63,686 nt of DNA, filler included, from Octopus bimaculoides (GCF_001194135.2; 6 parts of 5 records of this genome joined end to end with filler, not necessarily neighbours in it), one strand, 5' to 3'. Counted from the whole stretch's first letter, positions 13,061 through 27,441 are shown. The notes: generated by a model from the sequence alone, not told the origin. Translations and numbers: made by a program.

Positions 13061-15151
13061 ATGAAATATTCAAACAACAATTTATTGTCCTCTTTATACC
13101 ATATTAATTTTTTTTTACTTTGTTGCTTAGCAGTAGCTTGGTTACGACCGAACTTGCGCTGTTATTCCACAGAACAATGGACGGATGCGACGGATGACTA
13201 AAAGTTCCGGTTCTATTATCGTCGTTATGTTTAGAGTCAATTTTTGACATTTCTCTCATAAATCAAGTATCAGTTGTAAGATATTGTTGTTATCATTATT
13301 ATTATTATTGCTGTTGTCATTATTTTTGTTGTTGCATTGGTGGTAGAAAGCAACGATAACATTTTAGGTTTTGATAACAGTATTTGTTCAAGATATAAGA
13401 CATTTTACATTTTGTCCTTCCGTAATTTCTATTTGCCACTAGTATTGTATAATTATTTTTTATGTTTGGAGCATTTCAACGTAAATGTATTCATTAATTA
13501 CATAACGTCGTATAGTTTTCATTATTTCTTGCTTTCCTAAAATATAAATTCCCAGAAGAGAAAAGTAATTTCATTTTTATTCTGTGCTTAATATTCTTTT
13601 TTTTTTATGTCTAACATGTACTTTCCTCTAAACTATAAATTCCTTACGAGGATATTTATATTCCTCAATTCTATTCAATTTGTGTGGATGAGTTTTAAAA
13701 TATTTGTGACATGATTCTATTATCCTTATCCTGCTCCATTATCTTATATTCATTTTTTACTTTGTTTTGTTCTTTTATTTCCATTTTCTTATCGACTTTC
13801 TTCCTTAAATAGATTACTAAATGCTGAATGAAATTAAGTCTATAAACAAAATTCTCCATTCGATATTTAAAGAAACATAATCAGATTAGCTGCGTTTAGA
13901 ATTTAGATAAGCAAAACACTATTTTAGGACAGGATTTTAAGTTTTTTGTATTGTTTAATAGTTATATTTCGTACATTTTGTCCAGCCATAATCTGACCGT
14001 CTTCACGTATCTAAACTCAAATCACATCTCTCACACACACATATACCCACATACATACATACATACATACATACATACATACATACACGCATATACACAC
14101 ACATGTCTTTTTCAATAAAAACAATACAATTTTTGAAAATGGAAATAATTATAACCGGTTGTTTTTGTAATCTATTCAATACAACTTTATTAACGTCGTT
14201 GTCGATACTGGTGTATTAATGATAGTCTTTTGTTGACATCCAGTGAAATGGATGCAGTCATGTTTTCTTGCATTTGCGACATGTAGAGCCAGATGGATTT
14301 CCGCAAAATACATTAGTTTTTACTAATGCACATTAATTGGTAGCATTTTTCTCTAGTCAACATATTTCTAATTGTATCAATTTCGCAAATAAATCATGTT
14401 TCCTAAAAATATAATATATTTTCACATATTTGTAGCAAAACGGAGATGCTGATAAAATGGATTCAGGCGTGATAGTTCATATAAGAAACCATGCCGTATC
14501 TCCATTGCTTATATTTGTGTGTAAACAATTTCAGTAAACATTCAACTAAGGTGGGTTAATAAGAGCAGCAGTTTCAATAAAAATAACAAATGCGTGTTAC
14601 TTTCTATTGTCAGAAGAACAATGATTAAAACTACCAATATATATATATATATATATANNNNNNNNNNNNNNNNNNNNNNNNNNNNNNNNNNNNNNNNNNN
14701 NNNNNNNNNNNNNNNNNNNNNNNNNNNNNNNNNNNNNNNNNNNNNNNNNNNNNNNNNNNNNNNNNNNNNNNNNNNNNNNNNNNNNNNNNNNNNNNNNNNN
14801 NNNNNNNNNNNNNNNNNNNNNNNNNNNNNNNNNNNNNNNNNNNNNNNNNNNNNNNNNNNNNNNNNNNNNNNNNNNNNNNNNNNNNNNNNNNNNNNNNNNN
14901 NNNNNNNNNNNNNNNNNNNNNNNNNNNNNNNNNNNNNNNNNNNNNNNNNNNNNNNNNNNNNNNNNNNNNNNNNNNNNNNNNNNNNNNNNNNNNNNNNNNN
15001 NNNNNNNNNNNNNNNNNNNNNNNNNNNNNNNNNNNNNNNNNNNNNNNNNNNNNNNNNNNNNNNNNNNNNNNNNNNNNNNNNNNNNNNNNNNNNNNNNNNN
15101 NNNNNNNNNNNNNNNNNNNNNNNNNNNNNNNNNNNNNNNNNNNNNNNNNNN

Positions 15152-16795
15152 GAAAATAAAACAAGGTAGAAATTGCTAAAATAATTTTATCCTGAAATAC
15201 CTTTTGTAACGGTTAGTACCGATTTCCGTCTTTTCGACTTTTTCAACTATGAGTAAAACAAGGGTGGATATTAATTAAGAAGAAAAACAATTAAATTGAA
15301 GAAAAAATTAAACGAAATGTTTTGTAAATATTCTATTGTCTTCAATTAAGTAGGGCATTTTCCTCTTTTCTTTCTATGCTTCTTTTCCTTTGTGAAGGCG
15401 AGTAAGGTAGGTAATATCAGATCTGAAAAACTGAGTTTATGGGTGCGGAGATATATTTGGTTCTGAAGTTTGATGGTTTGATTAGCAGCTGCCAATATGA
15501 ACGAGATGAAAAGGAAGGAGAAGACGGAGGAGAAGCAGAAGAAGCAGAAAGGGACAATAGGATGTCCTAAAAGGGACCACAGAATGAATCAAATCAAGAA
15601 GAAAGGAGCCATAGAATGTCCTAAAAAGGCCCATAGAATAAATCAAATTCTCTAAACGCACACCACCATAAAGAGCAAAAGACAGCCCAGTTCAATGAAA
15701 AGTATTCTAACAGAAGTCCAAGTACACTCGTCAACAACAACCGACAGTAAAATGAAATATGCAGAAGACCTAACTCTGGTATTATGCATCAATCTAATTG
15801 AGCGATGGGAGTTCTCCTTTAAAAGGGTCAACGTTTTATAGTGAAAAGCAACTTTACACCGGCTCTGGAGAACCTGATATATATATGTTAACTTACTCAG
15901 GGTGTCGGGAGCAATACACTGGTCAAACTAAAAGCAGTCTACGCCAAAAGATCACCGTACATAGATCCCAGATTAAAATATGGGAATACAGAAAAATAAC
16001 ATTAAGTGCACACATCGACATTTGCACCACGAATGAACAACCCAACTTTAGAATTTTTCCTCTCTATAAATTTAGGGGCAATGCAACCTATATTCAGCGC
16101 ATTAGCAAAAAATCATATGTTATCGCAAAATATAAACCTCTTTTGCATGCTTCCACCACAGATGATACGACAGGGATCTTAGAATAATGCCCACGGAAAT
16201 ATTAAAAACGATAGATGTATTCGCTAGCCAAAAATTTATTCAGAAGAGTTCCTACCACTACTGCTACAACCACAACAGATCACTTTGAGGCCACTTGATC
16301 ATTAAATTATATTCCACGGACAGCCTCTACTACTAGATAATACCACTCCCGTCTTTTCTTTTTCTTAAACTTTCTCTTCTTATCCTTCGTCTCCTTCTTT
16401 TACCTCCTCTTTTTGTCCTCTCACCTTCTCCTTCGTTTTCCCCTTCGGCAGCTGCTGTTCAAATCATTAAACAACAGAACCAATATCTTTGCACCCAGAG
16501 ACACAATTTTTCACATCTGCTACTACCTACCTGACGAGCCTTCACAAAGGAAAAGAGAGAAAGAGAGAGAGAGAAAAAAAAGGAAAATGTTCTACCTATT
16601 TCAAGACTATGGAAATATTTACAAAACATTTCCTTTAATTTGTTCTTCAATTTAATTGCTTTTCTTCTTAACTAATATCCGCTTTTGTTTTACTCTCAGT
16701 TGAAAAAGTCGAAAAGACAGAAATTGGTACTAATCGTTACAAAATGTATTTCATGGTAAAATTATTTTAGCATTTTCTACCTTGTTTTATTTTCC
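15152..16795 (+). mobile_element. 5'-truncated Penelope-like element with GIY-YIG pseudo-ORF and inverted terminal (pLTR) copy
   Basis: IKSKRQP linker (~15685) and GIY-YIG IYMLTYSGCREQYTGQTKSSLRQKITVHRSQI...FRIFPLYK...KYKPLL (15798-16187). Arms 15152-15495 and 16447-16795 are reverse complements (roughly 85% by eye). (TA)n lies on both sides, on the left across a gap. Confidence 0.85.
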
Positions 16796-16846
16796 TTATA
16801 CATATCAAATTCTGTGTCACTTTTCAACATTCTACACACACACACG

Positions 16847-16886
<40 letters not shown>

Positions 16887-17226
16887 NNNNNNNNNNNNNN
16901 NNNNNNNNNNNNNNNNNNNNNNNNNNNNNNNNNNNNNNNNNNNNNNNNNNNNNNNNNNNNNNNNNNNNNNNNNNNNNNNNNNNNNNNNNNNNNNNNNNNN
17001 NNNNNNNNNNNNNNNNNNNNNNNNNNNNNNNNNNNNNNNNNNNNNNNNNNNNNNNNNNNNNNNNNNNNNNNNNNNNNNNNNNNNNNNNNNNNNNNNNNNN
17101 NNNNNNNNNNNNNNNNNNNNNNNNNNNNNNNNNNNNNNNNNNNNNNNNNNNNNNNNNNNNNNNNNNNNNNNNNNNNNNNNNNNNNNNNNNNNNNNNNNNN
17201 NNNNNNNNNNATATATATATATATAT

Positions 17227-17478
17227 AATCATCGTTTAGCATCCGCTTTCCCTGCTAGCATGGGTTGGACGATTTGACTGAGGACTGGCGAACCAGATGG
17301 CTGCACCAGACTCCAGTCTGATCTGGCAGAGTTTCTACAGCTGGATGCCCTTCCTAACGCCAACCACTCCGAGAATGTAGTGGGTGCTTTTACGTGCCAC
17401 CGGCACGAGGGCCAGTACGGCAATACTGGCAACGGCCACGCTCAAAAAGGTATTTTTTACGTGCCACCTGCACAGGAG
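17227..17478 (-). mobile_element. RTE-type 3' UTR fragment or RTE-tailed SINE
   Basis: Reverse complement of the ...GGAAGGGCATCCAGC...CCCATGCTAGCATG...GATGAT tail that follows the RTE ORF end at 43059-44450. Confidence 0.8.
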
Positions 17479-17558
17479 TTAGTTAGGACAGAGTTAGTTA
17501 GGACAGACACCGACAAAAAGACGCACACATGTTGATTGTTCCGGTACATATATGTGTG

Positions 17559-17610
<52 letters not shown>

Positions 17611-18907
17611 TGTGTGTGTGCGTGTGTGTTGTGTATCCTGGTGGAATTTTGAGGCAAGCGATGTAAACAAACTACTCATGTTATATAATATTCAATAACC
17701 TAAAATCAAACGATTTAAAGCTTACTTTCTATATGCTACTAGTTTTAGTTTGATGTTGTAAATACAATTTCACAAAAATATCAACTAAAATTCCCCTATT
17801 TTTTCTCAACTTTCTATAACGTGGGTAACCTGGGTTTAGTTTTATCAAAGTTGAAACGAGTTATTATAAGTGGTTCTGTTGTTGTATGCCTCCATCGATA
17901 CCTAAAATGACACCTAGCTCTCGTTCACTTCCGTCTAATCCCCATTATCTTAGTATAACACGCTATATTACAGCATATGCAAAATGTATATATGCCTCAC
18001 ATTATGCCAGCAACTTACTCGCACACACACACATATACATATATTCTATCTAGTTAAAGTGATTCACAAAATCCGAAATTTTGAAAGCAAGTAAAAATCT
18101 GAAAATCGGCTATATTAATGTAGTTTTCGGTTCTTATTGCTATGAAGTCATGATGTTGTGGAGAAAAAATTTCAGGAAAATTTACAGAGGTTTAAAAATC
18201 GAAAAAAAAACTAAGTATCTTTAGCCAATAGCAAGAAAATTTTTTTTGCGTTTAGTGGTGTTAACTTTGAGGTTGTACCTTGGGAAATTTATTGTTTAGC
18301 GACTGTGAAATTATCTGTTCATTGTAGGTTTCTAAATAAACAGAAATACCTAATAAAATCAACGTGTATCATCACATGTATCAATGCACATTGGAAATCA
18401 AAAAAAGTAAAGGCTTTTTATGAAAAGTAACGATAAATATATACAATTAGATGAACTTAGATAGGAATAAAAGTAATAAAAGTTATTATTGTGAATTGTT
18501 TACGGTTTCGTAAAGTTACTAATCATTGCTTTGAATGCACACCGAAGAGCGAAGGACAGAAAATTATAGAGGGAATGTGCAGGTGTTATGTTTGAGTAGT
18601 TACACATCGTTTGGTTTATTATAGTAATTTGTTAGAATAACTTAAAAGACCACAGAATATTTATGGATTTAACCAATATTTGCAAACTGAAAGCTTTCCT
18701 GTTGGTTTAGCTGCTATTTTTTATCGTGAGAGAATCATAACTAAAGCAATCACAGCTGAAGCAGCGGTAAATAGTTTTAAATGAGGCAACAAGTGAAATT
18801 AGGAAACGCAAACGCACAATTGTTTCAATGAACATTTCTTGTTCTGTTAATACGAACCTTCTAATAAATGATGTTAATTCTAATCAAACTAAGTTGAGTC
18901 TTAATTG

Positions 18908-19030
<123 letters not shown>

Positions 19031-19510
19031 CGTGCGTCTTGACAATCACACATGCTAGAATTAAACCTTGAAGAGAATACAGCTTACATTAGTCAACTGT
19101 CTTTCCACTCGCAGAATATACACTTTACACTTCGCATGTTGCTAAGTTGAAGCTAGATTATTGACTCTGATAGTGTTTCCAAGACAACATATAAACTTAT
19201 TGAATAACCTTTAATCAGTTTCTTTTCCTTCGCTTGCTCTTTCTCAATTTCTCTGTCTCTATCTCTCTCTTTACTTATATCTGCCAATATCTCATACGTT
19301 GTAACTACGTATGTAATTTTACACACACGTGTATAGATGCGCACGCAGGCTCACAGACACGCTCACAGACACGCTTACATACACGAACACGTTTACACAC
19401 ATACATGCATGTTATGTATATACATACAACATATTTTTATAAAAGCATTTGCACAGATAATTGACAGTTTAATAAGAATATAAATATCTGTAAATATATA
19501 TGAGATTACA

Positions 19511-19553
<43 letters not shown>

Positions 19554-22500
19554 ACAAACACACATACATAATCCATATACTAGCCGATAGCTGTCAATTG
19601 CAAGCGACTATCACTAACTAGCATCATGCTTCCACTAAACGTTTTAATTGCGACTGATACCGCCTTCACGTGCAAGAGGAACATCCAGTGTGTATCAGCT
19701 GGAAGAAATGGTAGCCACGCCGGCCCTTGGCTTGTATTTGTTATATTCCAATAAACATCTGCTATGTGGAATTGAGTGTACTCCTGAAGTATAAATTTAC
19801 TCTGCTCGATACAGGAAAGTAACCTTCGACCTCAGTGAGGCATGAGCGAAAGAAGCAAAATCAACATCGGGAAGTTTACAATCTATAAAATATAAGTGGA
19901 ACAACACAGTGAGTACGTAAATTGATTAATTACGCATAGATTCGAATGTCTGTGCAACGTATTCACTTTAATATCCATAGGATTATACTTACACACCAAC
20001 ATTTACACAATTATGTCGATTTTACACTACACACACACACATACACACACACACACACACATGAAAGTATGTCACAAACGAAGCTAAACAATAACAAAAC
20101 AAATTGCTTCGAACTAACATAGAAAGAACGAATGATCCCCAAGTTTAAGATACTACAAAGCAACTATGCCCAGAGATAAATCTATCAACAAAAATTTAGA
20201 AGCAAATATCTGTCTGTGAGCTTCATGAAATTTCGTTAGGAGAAACAGTTTCGTTAGGAGAAACAGCTTCATGAAATTTCGTTAGGAGAAACAGTTTCAT
20301 TCAAAGCAAAATTTACACCGGATCTGTTATCATCTGAATGAACAAGGACTCTGCACCCCAGTGAGGAACAAAGCTGGGTGCGAAAAATCAGTTCCTGGTT
20401 CAAATATTCTCGAAACTAAGGAAATGGATTAATTTATTGCTGCATTACCTGATATTCTATTTTCTTTCCCAATAAGTTTAAGGCATAAAAGAGAGAACTT
20501 TATTTTTGTAGCATTCGAGAAAGGTGATTTTAATTGATATGTAAGCAATATCAATGCTGGACGTCATAAAATTTATCAAAGCACTTCAGCTAATATTTGA
20601 CTAATCATTCTAATGTGGATACCTTTTGAAGTCATGTAATTCCTGGTGCGATTGATTTCTATTTTCATCACAACAAAATAAATGCTTATTTAATGTCTTC
20701 TATTATTTATTCACCAGTTCATATCTTTCACGATATATGGTATCATTACTACGAAGAGAAATATAAGCAGAGATACTAAGTGCTGCAGATTAATTCCTAC
20801 TTGCCAAAATCATGATGTGATGTTTTACTTATATTTCTACATGTCTAATAAAGGAAATTTAAGTGTAAATATATCTGAACAGATTGTATAATATCACCAT
20901 TAGTATTAACCCTATAACAATCTAAATTAATTTGGAAAATGGATAAGTGCAGTAAAATTATCTTTGGTCTATACTGATTAATTCAATCTTGAATAAAAAT
21001 GAAATTTCCTATAAAGAGGCAAAAGAAAGCTAGCAGTCAAAGGAGGAAATAAATGTAAATTATATCACAAAAACTAACATAACTAATATTCATCTATCTA
21101 ATATTAATTTATATATTTGACGACCACGAAGTTCAATATGAACTGAATTATCTATGTTTTACATGTCTGTGGTTCAAGAATTATTGTCTGCTATTGTTAT
21201 TTTGTAATTGGGTTGTTTTAAATTAAATGGAAATATTTTCAACATGTTCATGACCGATAAATAACATTGTAATGTCATGTCTATCTTTTCATGTAATATA
21301 TAGGAGAGCTGTATGTATTTAATAGACTCGAATATTAAAATATGCAGGCCTCATTTTAAACAGAAGAAGTAATGGTGAGAGATAATTTGCCTTAGACATA
21401 GATCACATTCAGCAGTTAAATATGCTGTGCAGTGATTCATATTACTACCAGTAAGATACTGGAGCAATGAATGAGTTGTAGAGACAAGAAATTATCAATT
21501 TTTATTGATTTATAGTGATAAGGAAATAAATTTTCTGCTTCTTAGAGTTATATATTATGTAGACAAATTGTAACAGTGGCAAATAACGAAGTTAAACCAG
21601 ATTTTTGACAAGAACGTTATCATCTATGCTACAACATTTACCACTAATAATATAGTAGATGACAAGGCAAAATGATACATGGTAATACAACTGGTGGGAA
21701 ATAGCAAATATATGCTCTTTAAATAACATTTTCGTGTCTTTTAAAGAACTTGACTCAAAATAAGATTATCACTATTAGAATGCATTTCATATCGTTCGGG
21801 ACAGATTTGGTGATTATACAAAGCCATAAACGATTGTAAAATGGGATAATTGATTATAAACTGCAAGTTAGCAAGATCAATTTTCTGTGTAGAAGAAGGA
21901 TCATAATAATTATTTGTAAATTTGCAGCCTTTTACTGCTGTTGCTGCTCTTTTGCTGATGTTGTTTAGATCTTGATCTTCCCTGATCGAGCAGATCTTTG
22001 ATCAAATACTATAGACACCATTCTCACGACTACATCTATTTAGGACAACATTATCGGATGTGCCCTTTTTCAAGACAGTAAAGTGTCATTTGAGGTAGTT
22101 ACCTGGTAGAGTCTCCATTGCTGGATGTTCAAATGCGGTGAGGAATTCTTCTTATGTAGTAACACATTATAAGTATAATTAATGTCTCAATAAGATATGT
22201 GTCAAGCTATGAGAAATAAAATTAAAACATTGGCAATATTTGAAGTTATTCAAAAACACCATCTACATGCGACACAAAGTTAATGCTAGCATAGTGAATG
22301 CAGGGAACATCAGAAAGATAACTGGAAATAATTATGAATTGAGAAAAGAAAATAGCCGTTAACTATTATTGTAATAATTTCAGCAACCACAGGAGACATC
22401 TCCAGATATATTTTGCTCTTTTTATGACTTGCTCGATGAAACATGGCCTCCACTTTACTTACTGAAGAAATAATGGAAAAATTGCTACATAAATATAAGA

Positions 22501-22699
22501 GTAGATTTTTTAAGAATAAATTATTCAGTCGATATAAACTTGAACATCATTTTATACAATATGACATTTAACCAATTGATAGTACTGGGTATCACGATGA
22601 AATATAGTGAGCTGATTAAGCTATTCAGGTTAAGGTATCAATAATCGACTAGGTCAGTTGATATTTTCTAGCTCACAGCCCTACAGATAACTAATATTG

Positions 22700-23143
22700 A
22701 TTTCAAATCTTGGCACAAGGCCAACAATATTGAGAAACGAAGTAAGTCGATTAAATTGGTCCCAGTGTTCATTGGTAATTATTTTATCGGCGCCGAAAAA
22801 ATGAAAGGCAAAGGGGACCTCGCTGGAATTTGAACTCAGAACGTAAATACAGACGAATTGCTGCTAAGCATTTTGCCCGGCGTGCTAACAATTCTGCCAG
22901 CTCGCCGCCCTAAAGATATTTAGTATTGATCTCAAATTTTGGCACAAGGCCATCACTTTCGGTGGGGGGGAATAAGTCTCTTACATTGACCCATGTGCTC
23001 AACTGGTACTTATTTTATCGACCCCGAAAGTGTGAATGACAAAGTCGACCTGGGTGGGATTTGAACTCAGAAAGTAAAGACGGTCGAAATGCCGCTAAGC
23101 ATTTAGGCCGGGGTGTTAAAGATTTTGCCAGCCCGCTGCCTTA
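22700..23143 (-). mobile_element. Two tandem tRNA-derived SINEs (Nin-domain-like family)
   Basis: Each copy has a GGCGGCGAGCTGGCAGAA head, B box GAGTTCAAAT(T/C)CC and body CCTTTCATCCTTTCGGGGTCGATAAAATAAGTACCAG. Confidence 0.85.
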
Positions 23144-23356
23144 AAAATATTTAATATTAACAAGTAAAGTAATAATTTTGCCCCTGTATTTTATAAGGTA
23201 AAATTATTTTATAAATCAGAGAGTTATTGCAATGTAAATTGCTTTTGTAGCGTATATTTGAGTTTGTATCCTGATAAGATATACGTTATCGTTTTCTATT
23301 TCCTATGTAGATATATTGCCATTCCAGTACAGGAATAACTTTTATCAAATATTATG

Positions 23357-23432
<76 letters not shown>

Positions 23433-23495
23433 CTATCTATCTCTCTTTCTATCTCGCTCTCTTCCTCTTTCTGTCTGTCTTTCTATCTCTCTCTC

Positions 23496-23529
<34 letters not shown>

Positions 23530-23688
23530 CCACCCTCATATTTTAGTGCTCCGAAACATGAAAATTTATACAAATTTAGAAACCATTTTTATCATTATTA
23601 ATGCACGTGGATTGATGAAATCAGTAGATCAACACGTTATAGTACTTTAGGGATTTACTTAAGTTCCATTGCACTATGAGTTTGAATT

Positions 23689-24411
23689 TTATTTATGTTC
23701 ACTTCTTTCATCTTTCCAAATCCGATAAAATGAGAACCTGTAAAATGTGTGCAGACAAGCTAATTTACAGCACATCCTGTCCAAAATATTTTCCTTTCTA
23801 CTTATGTAAGGAATCATCAATGTTTCAATTATGATTTGCACTTTAGCTTCTGAGGTCAACTTTGTTAAATCGGCCTCAAAAGGAGGGTGAAAAACAAAGT
23901 ATTGTTTTAGGACTTGGATTTGCTTCAACTCCTCACTGCTAATAAGTGATAATGTGTCTGTTAGAAACGGAAGATGCAACGACACTCGATAAAAACTCGT
24001 GCGATTACCATTTACTTGCTTTTGCATTATGATTTTTATTCTCGTTGTTATCGGCATTATATTTTGATCTTTTGATGTCAATAACACAAATACAAATATG
24101 ATCAATTCAATCAATGGGGTTCTAAATCAAAATGTAAGAGCTCCACATTTAAGATGGCGGGATGTAATTTCAGACAATTTGGCTGTTTTATTAAGCAAAT
24201 CGTGCAAATCGCGCAGAAACCGCCATTCGTTGGCTCCAACTAAACTTACATGACGTCGTGTAAGCCTAGATCGGTTGTAGTCGAAAACTTGTAATGAAAA
24301 GTGTTCTACTTGTGACAGTTGTGCCATTTCCATATCAAGAACAATATAGTTTAATATAACCTTGAATATAGCCTTTACGTAAGAGGTTGGTAGGCTATTT
24401 TTTTTATAGAT
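23689..24411 (-). other. Long reading frame (~240 codons) with one internal TGA; unknown product
   Basis: ORFs 24127-24333 and 23689-24114 are in the same frame, separated by TGA at 24127-24129; no family recognised. Confidence 0.25.
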
Positions 24412-25499
24412 TTAGCTACTTTTTTCAGCAAATTGAACGAGTATGTAGCTGCCTCTTGTTTAATAAAACAAATTCTCTAAGTAAAAGGTATATTGCTCTT
24501 CCACTTTTTCGTCTACTTCTCCCTCGTCTAGCTTCTCCTTCCTTTATTTCCCCTTCCTAATTTTCCTTTCATCTTCTTTCCGCCCATTTTACTTCCTCTT
24601 TCATATTTCCACAGAAGGTGGTAGAACTAACATGTTAGTCAGGTTATTATTTCAATGGTCACCTTTATAGACAGTGTGGACCCCACGTTTTTAAGATTTT
24701 CCTATAATGTCTCAATTGCTAGAAACCTTTATATTTTCCATAATCATAATCTGTCGAACTTGCTTGACTTTGCTCATCTTTATCATACTGTTCATCACAA
24801 TGCCATTTAGCTTCAAGGAGGTCGGTAAGATAATATTTCATGTCCGTGTTCAACTCGTCGATGAAAATGTTTGTTTGACGTCAGACACATCTACATCCAT
24901 GCTAAAAAGCTTTTTGGTATCACTAATGAGTTCTTGTTTAGCCCTGCAGCGGTGTTCAGAAATTTACATGCGTCTTCCTTTACGATATTAGTAATTGAAA
25001 TAAGACTTCTAAAGAGTCTCTGTTTGTTAGGATAGTTTTTTTTTGTTTTTTTTTTACCAGATATTCAGAATGATCCATAACACTAAATTGTCTAGTTCTT
25101 TTCACTAAATTGCCTACTTTTTAATGTTTGCTTTTTAACTGCAATATTGTGCCCTTACAAAATGGGCAGAGATCCGTTGTTTGCAGCAGTGAAAATATTT
25201 ACCCAGTAGAAAAATGGCATGCTAAGAATGTTGTAAGAAGCAGCACCAGATGCTCCCGTAAAAGTGCAGCTACAACACGTGTTACTGCTGCCTGAACAAT
25301 GCATGTATGTACGCTTATAATAGTTCAAAATTAATATGTATTGAATCTTGTAAGAGACCGCAAATGGGAGCTTCTAGAGACTAATTTCCTGATGTTTCTC
25401 TCATAATAAATCTGCTCATTAATTCTTGTGACGTAGGTACATTGAAATTGTCAAAACTATTTCATTAGCTTTACATCTCTTCCTTTCGTTCTCTTTCTT

Positions 25500-25579
<80 letters not shown>

Positions 25580-27301
25580 TTTCTCTTAATGGCATCGGAA
25601 ATAGTTTTATATCTTGAATATAGACCAGTTCTCTTCTGTTTGAGATAAAAATCCACTCAGTAGTTGTGATTCTCTTTCATACTTGCGTGGGTTATAAATG
25701 ATAAAAGAAGTGCTTTATATATACTGTGCTTTCTATTGATTGCATTGCAAACTTCGTAAGTTTACTTCCTCCTGACAGTTTTAATACCGTGTACAATATC
25801 AATTTTACAGTATTCCAGTAAATTCCATTCCATTTTATACTAGATTATTTATGAGTATTTACATATATTATATTTTTTTCATAGAGGTAACGACAGTATT
25901 CCTTACATAAGTAAAAATGAAAGCTCCACAGTTCCTTTAACATCATTTGGAAATATATAACCTTTTGCATACCCGCGTTAATTTTCAAATCTACTTTTCC
26001 TATATATGTGGAAAGACAAAATCCCAACTGTAAAGTTGAAGCAAGCAATGCTTTATAACAATTTTTACATTACCAAAGACTAAGGCTGCACATCTCGAGT
26101 GAAAGTCAGTCGCTCAGATTTTTTCCTTTTAGCATTTTTGAATACAGAAAATACAAATATAAGTTAGATTCAATTATAAAATAAATTGATACGACTAAAC
26201 TAGGAATTTAAATTCTATTTCATATGTAACCTCGGCGAATCATTAAGACGTTTACTTGATAATGTTCTTTGGTGTCGCTTGGCAGGCGTCTACTTATGAA
26301 ACACATCCATGTCACCGATTAAACCATTATATCATCTTTGTGGATGCAGTGAACGGTAAAATTTTTGCTAAAGGCTGACAGTATTACTCTCCCTTAGAAA
26401 TGTCCCTTCCTATTTTCAGTACAATGAAAGAGTGGGGCTATCTGCCTAGTTAAAGTGAAGTTTATATCATATGGTTAAAGATAAGTATTAAAAGAAAAAT
26501 TCGCCAAGCTGGAAGGAAAAGTCATCTGTGAAGAGTATTAATATTTCATTGAATTGTATTGCTGAGCGATACTTCTGCCGCAAGAAACATTACTGAGGTG
26601 TTACTGAGTTGGGTTTTTTTTTATCTATTGTGATATTATTGCCATCAACAGATAAATTAAACAACTCTGTCATTGCCAGTGACTGTTGTACAGCAAGTGG
26701 TAGAAAATTTGTATACGAGCAACGTAACCGTATACTAGCAACATAACCGTATATACATACAAATACAAATAAGGTGATTAAAATCAAAATAAGCAACAAG
26801 GGTATCTAAAGTTAATGCAGTACGGTCGTTTCATGCGACTCCATTTAATTAAGCAATGTGAACATTACATCAAATGTAAAGTGCAGCGCAATCCTCAGCT
26901 GCACAAAGATATAGAAATTTACTGAAATTTACTGAAATTTCATTTCAAGAGAAGGAAATAATTTTATAGCTACATTTAAACTCTGCAAGTAGAAAAGAAG
27001 AATACAAAAAAACATTTTGACTTAGCCAGACTATATTGCTTATGTTGATTTTAATCACCTTATTTTGAAATTGTATGGATAATACCATACTTAATTCTGG
27101 TTCTTAAACTTAAGTACTATATTCACCTTGAATCTAATTATTTTACAAATACAAATAGATAAGTGAGAAAACCTACCCACTTTCAGTTGTACATACTTAT
27201 AGCGACGCACGTGTGTATATACACACTCGTACTCACCTATACATACATATATACATATGTATGTGTGTGCATGTGTTAAATAAAATGAGAAACAAAGCCC
27301 G

Positions 27302-27373
27302 TGGGTATATGGCATAGTGGTTAAGAGCGCGGGCTACTAACCCCAAAATTCCGAGTTCGATTCTAAGCAGTGA

Positions 27374-27431
<58 letters not shown>
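27302..27431 (+). mobile_element. Short tRNA-like SINE with (AAT)n tail
   Basis: A box TGGCATAGTGG, B box GAGTTCGATTC, Thr-tRNA-like layout with mutated anticodon loop, followed by (AAT)n. Confidence 0.75.
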
Positions 27432-27433
<2 letters not shown>

Positions 27434-27441
27434 GAAAACTG

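Noticed and set aside
16531-16554. Hammerhead in the 15-16.8 kb Penelope pLTR (CUGACGA-GCCUU-CACA-AAGG-AAAA)
   Set aside because: Lacks the closing C and G12 in both arms; at best a dead relic
14594-17242. Long ORFs spanning N runs and microsatellite ORFs (poly-IY, HT, V, T, SL) throughout the track
   Set aside because: Artefacts of gaps and simple repeats
27302-27380. Possible tRNA gene
   Set aside because: Acceptor stem does not pair, anticodon loop is atypical (CTACTAA), and it has an (AAT)n tail; SINE head
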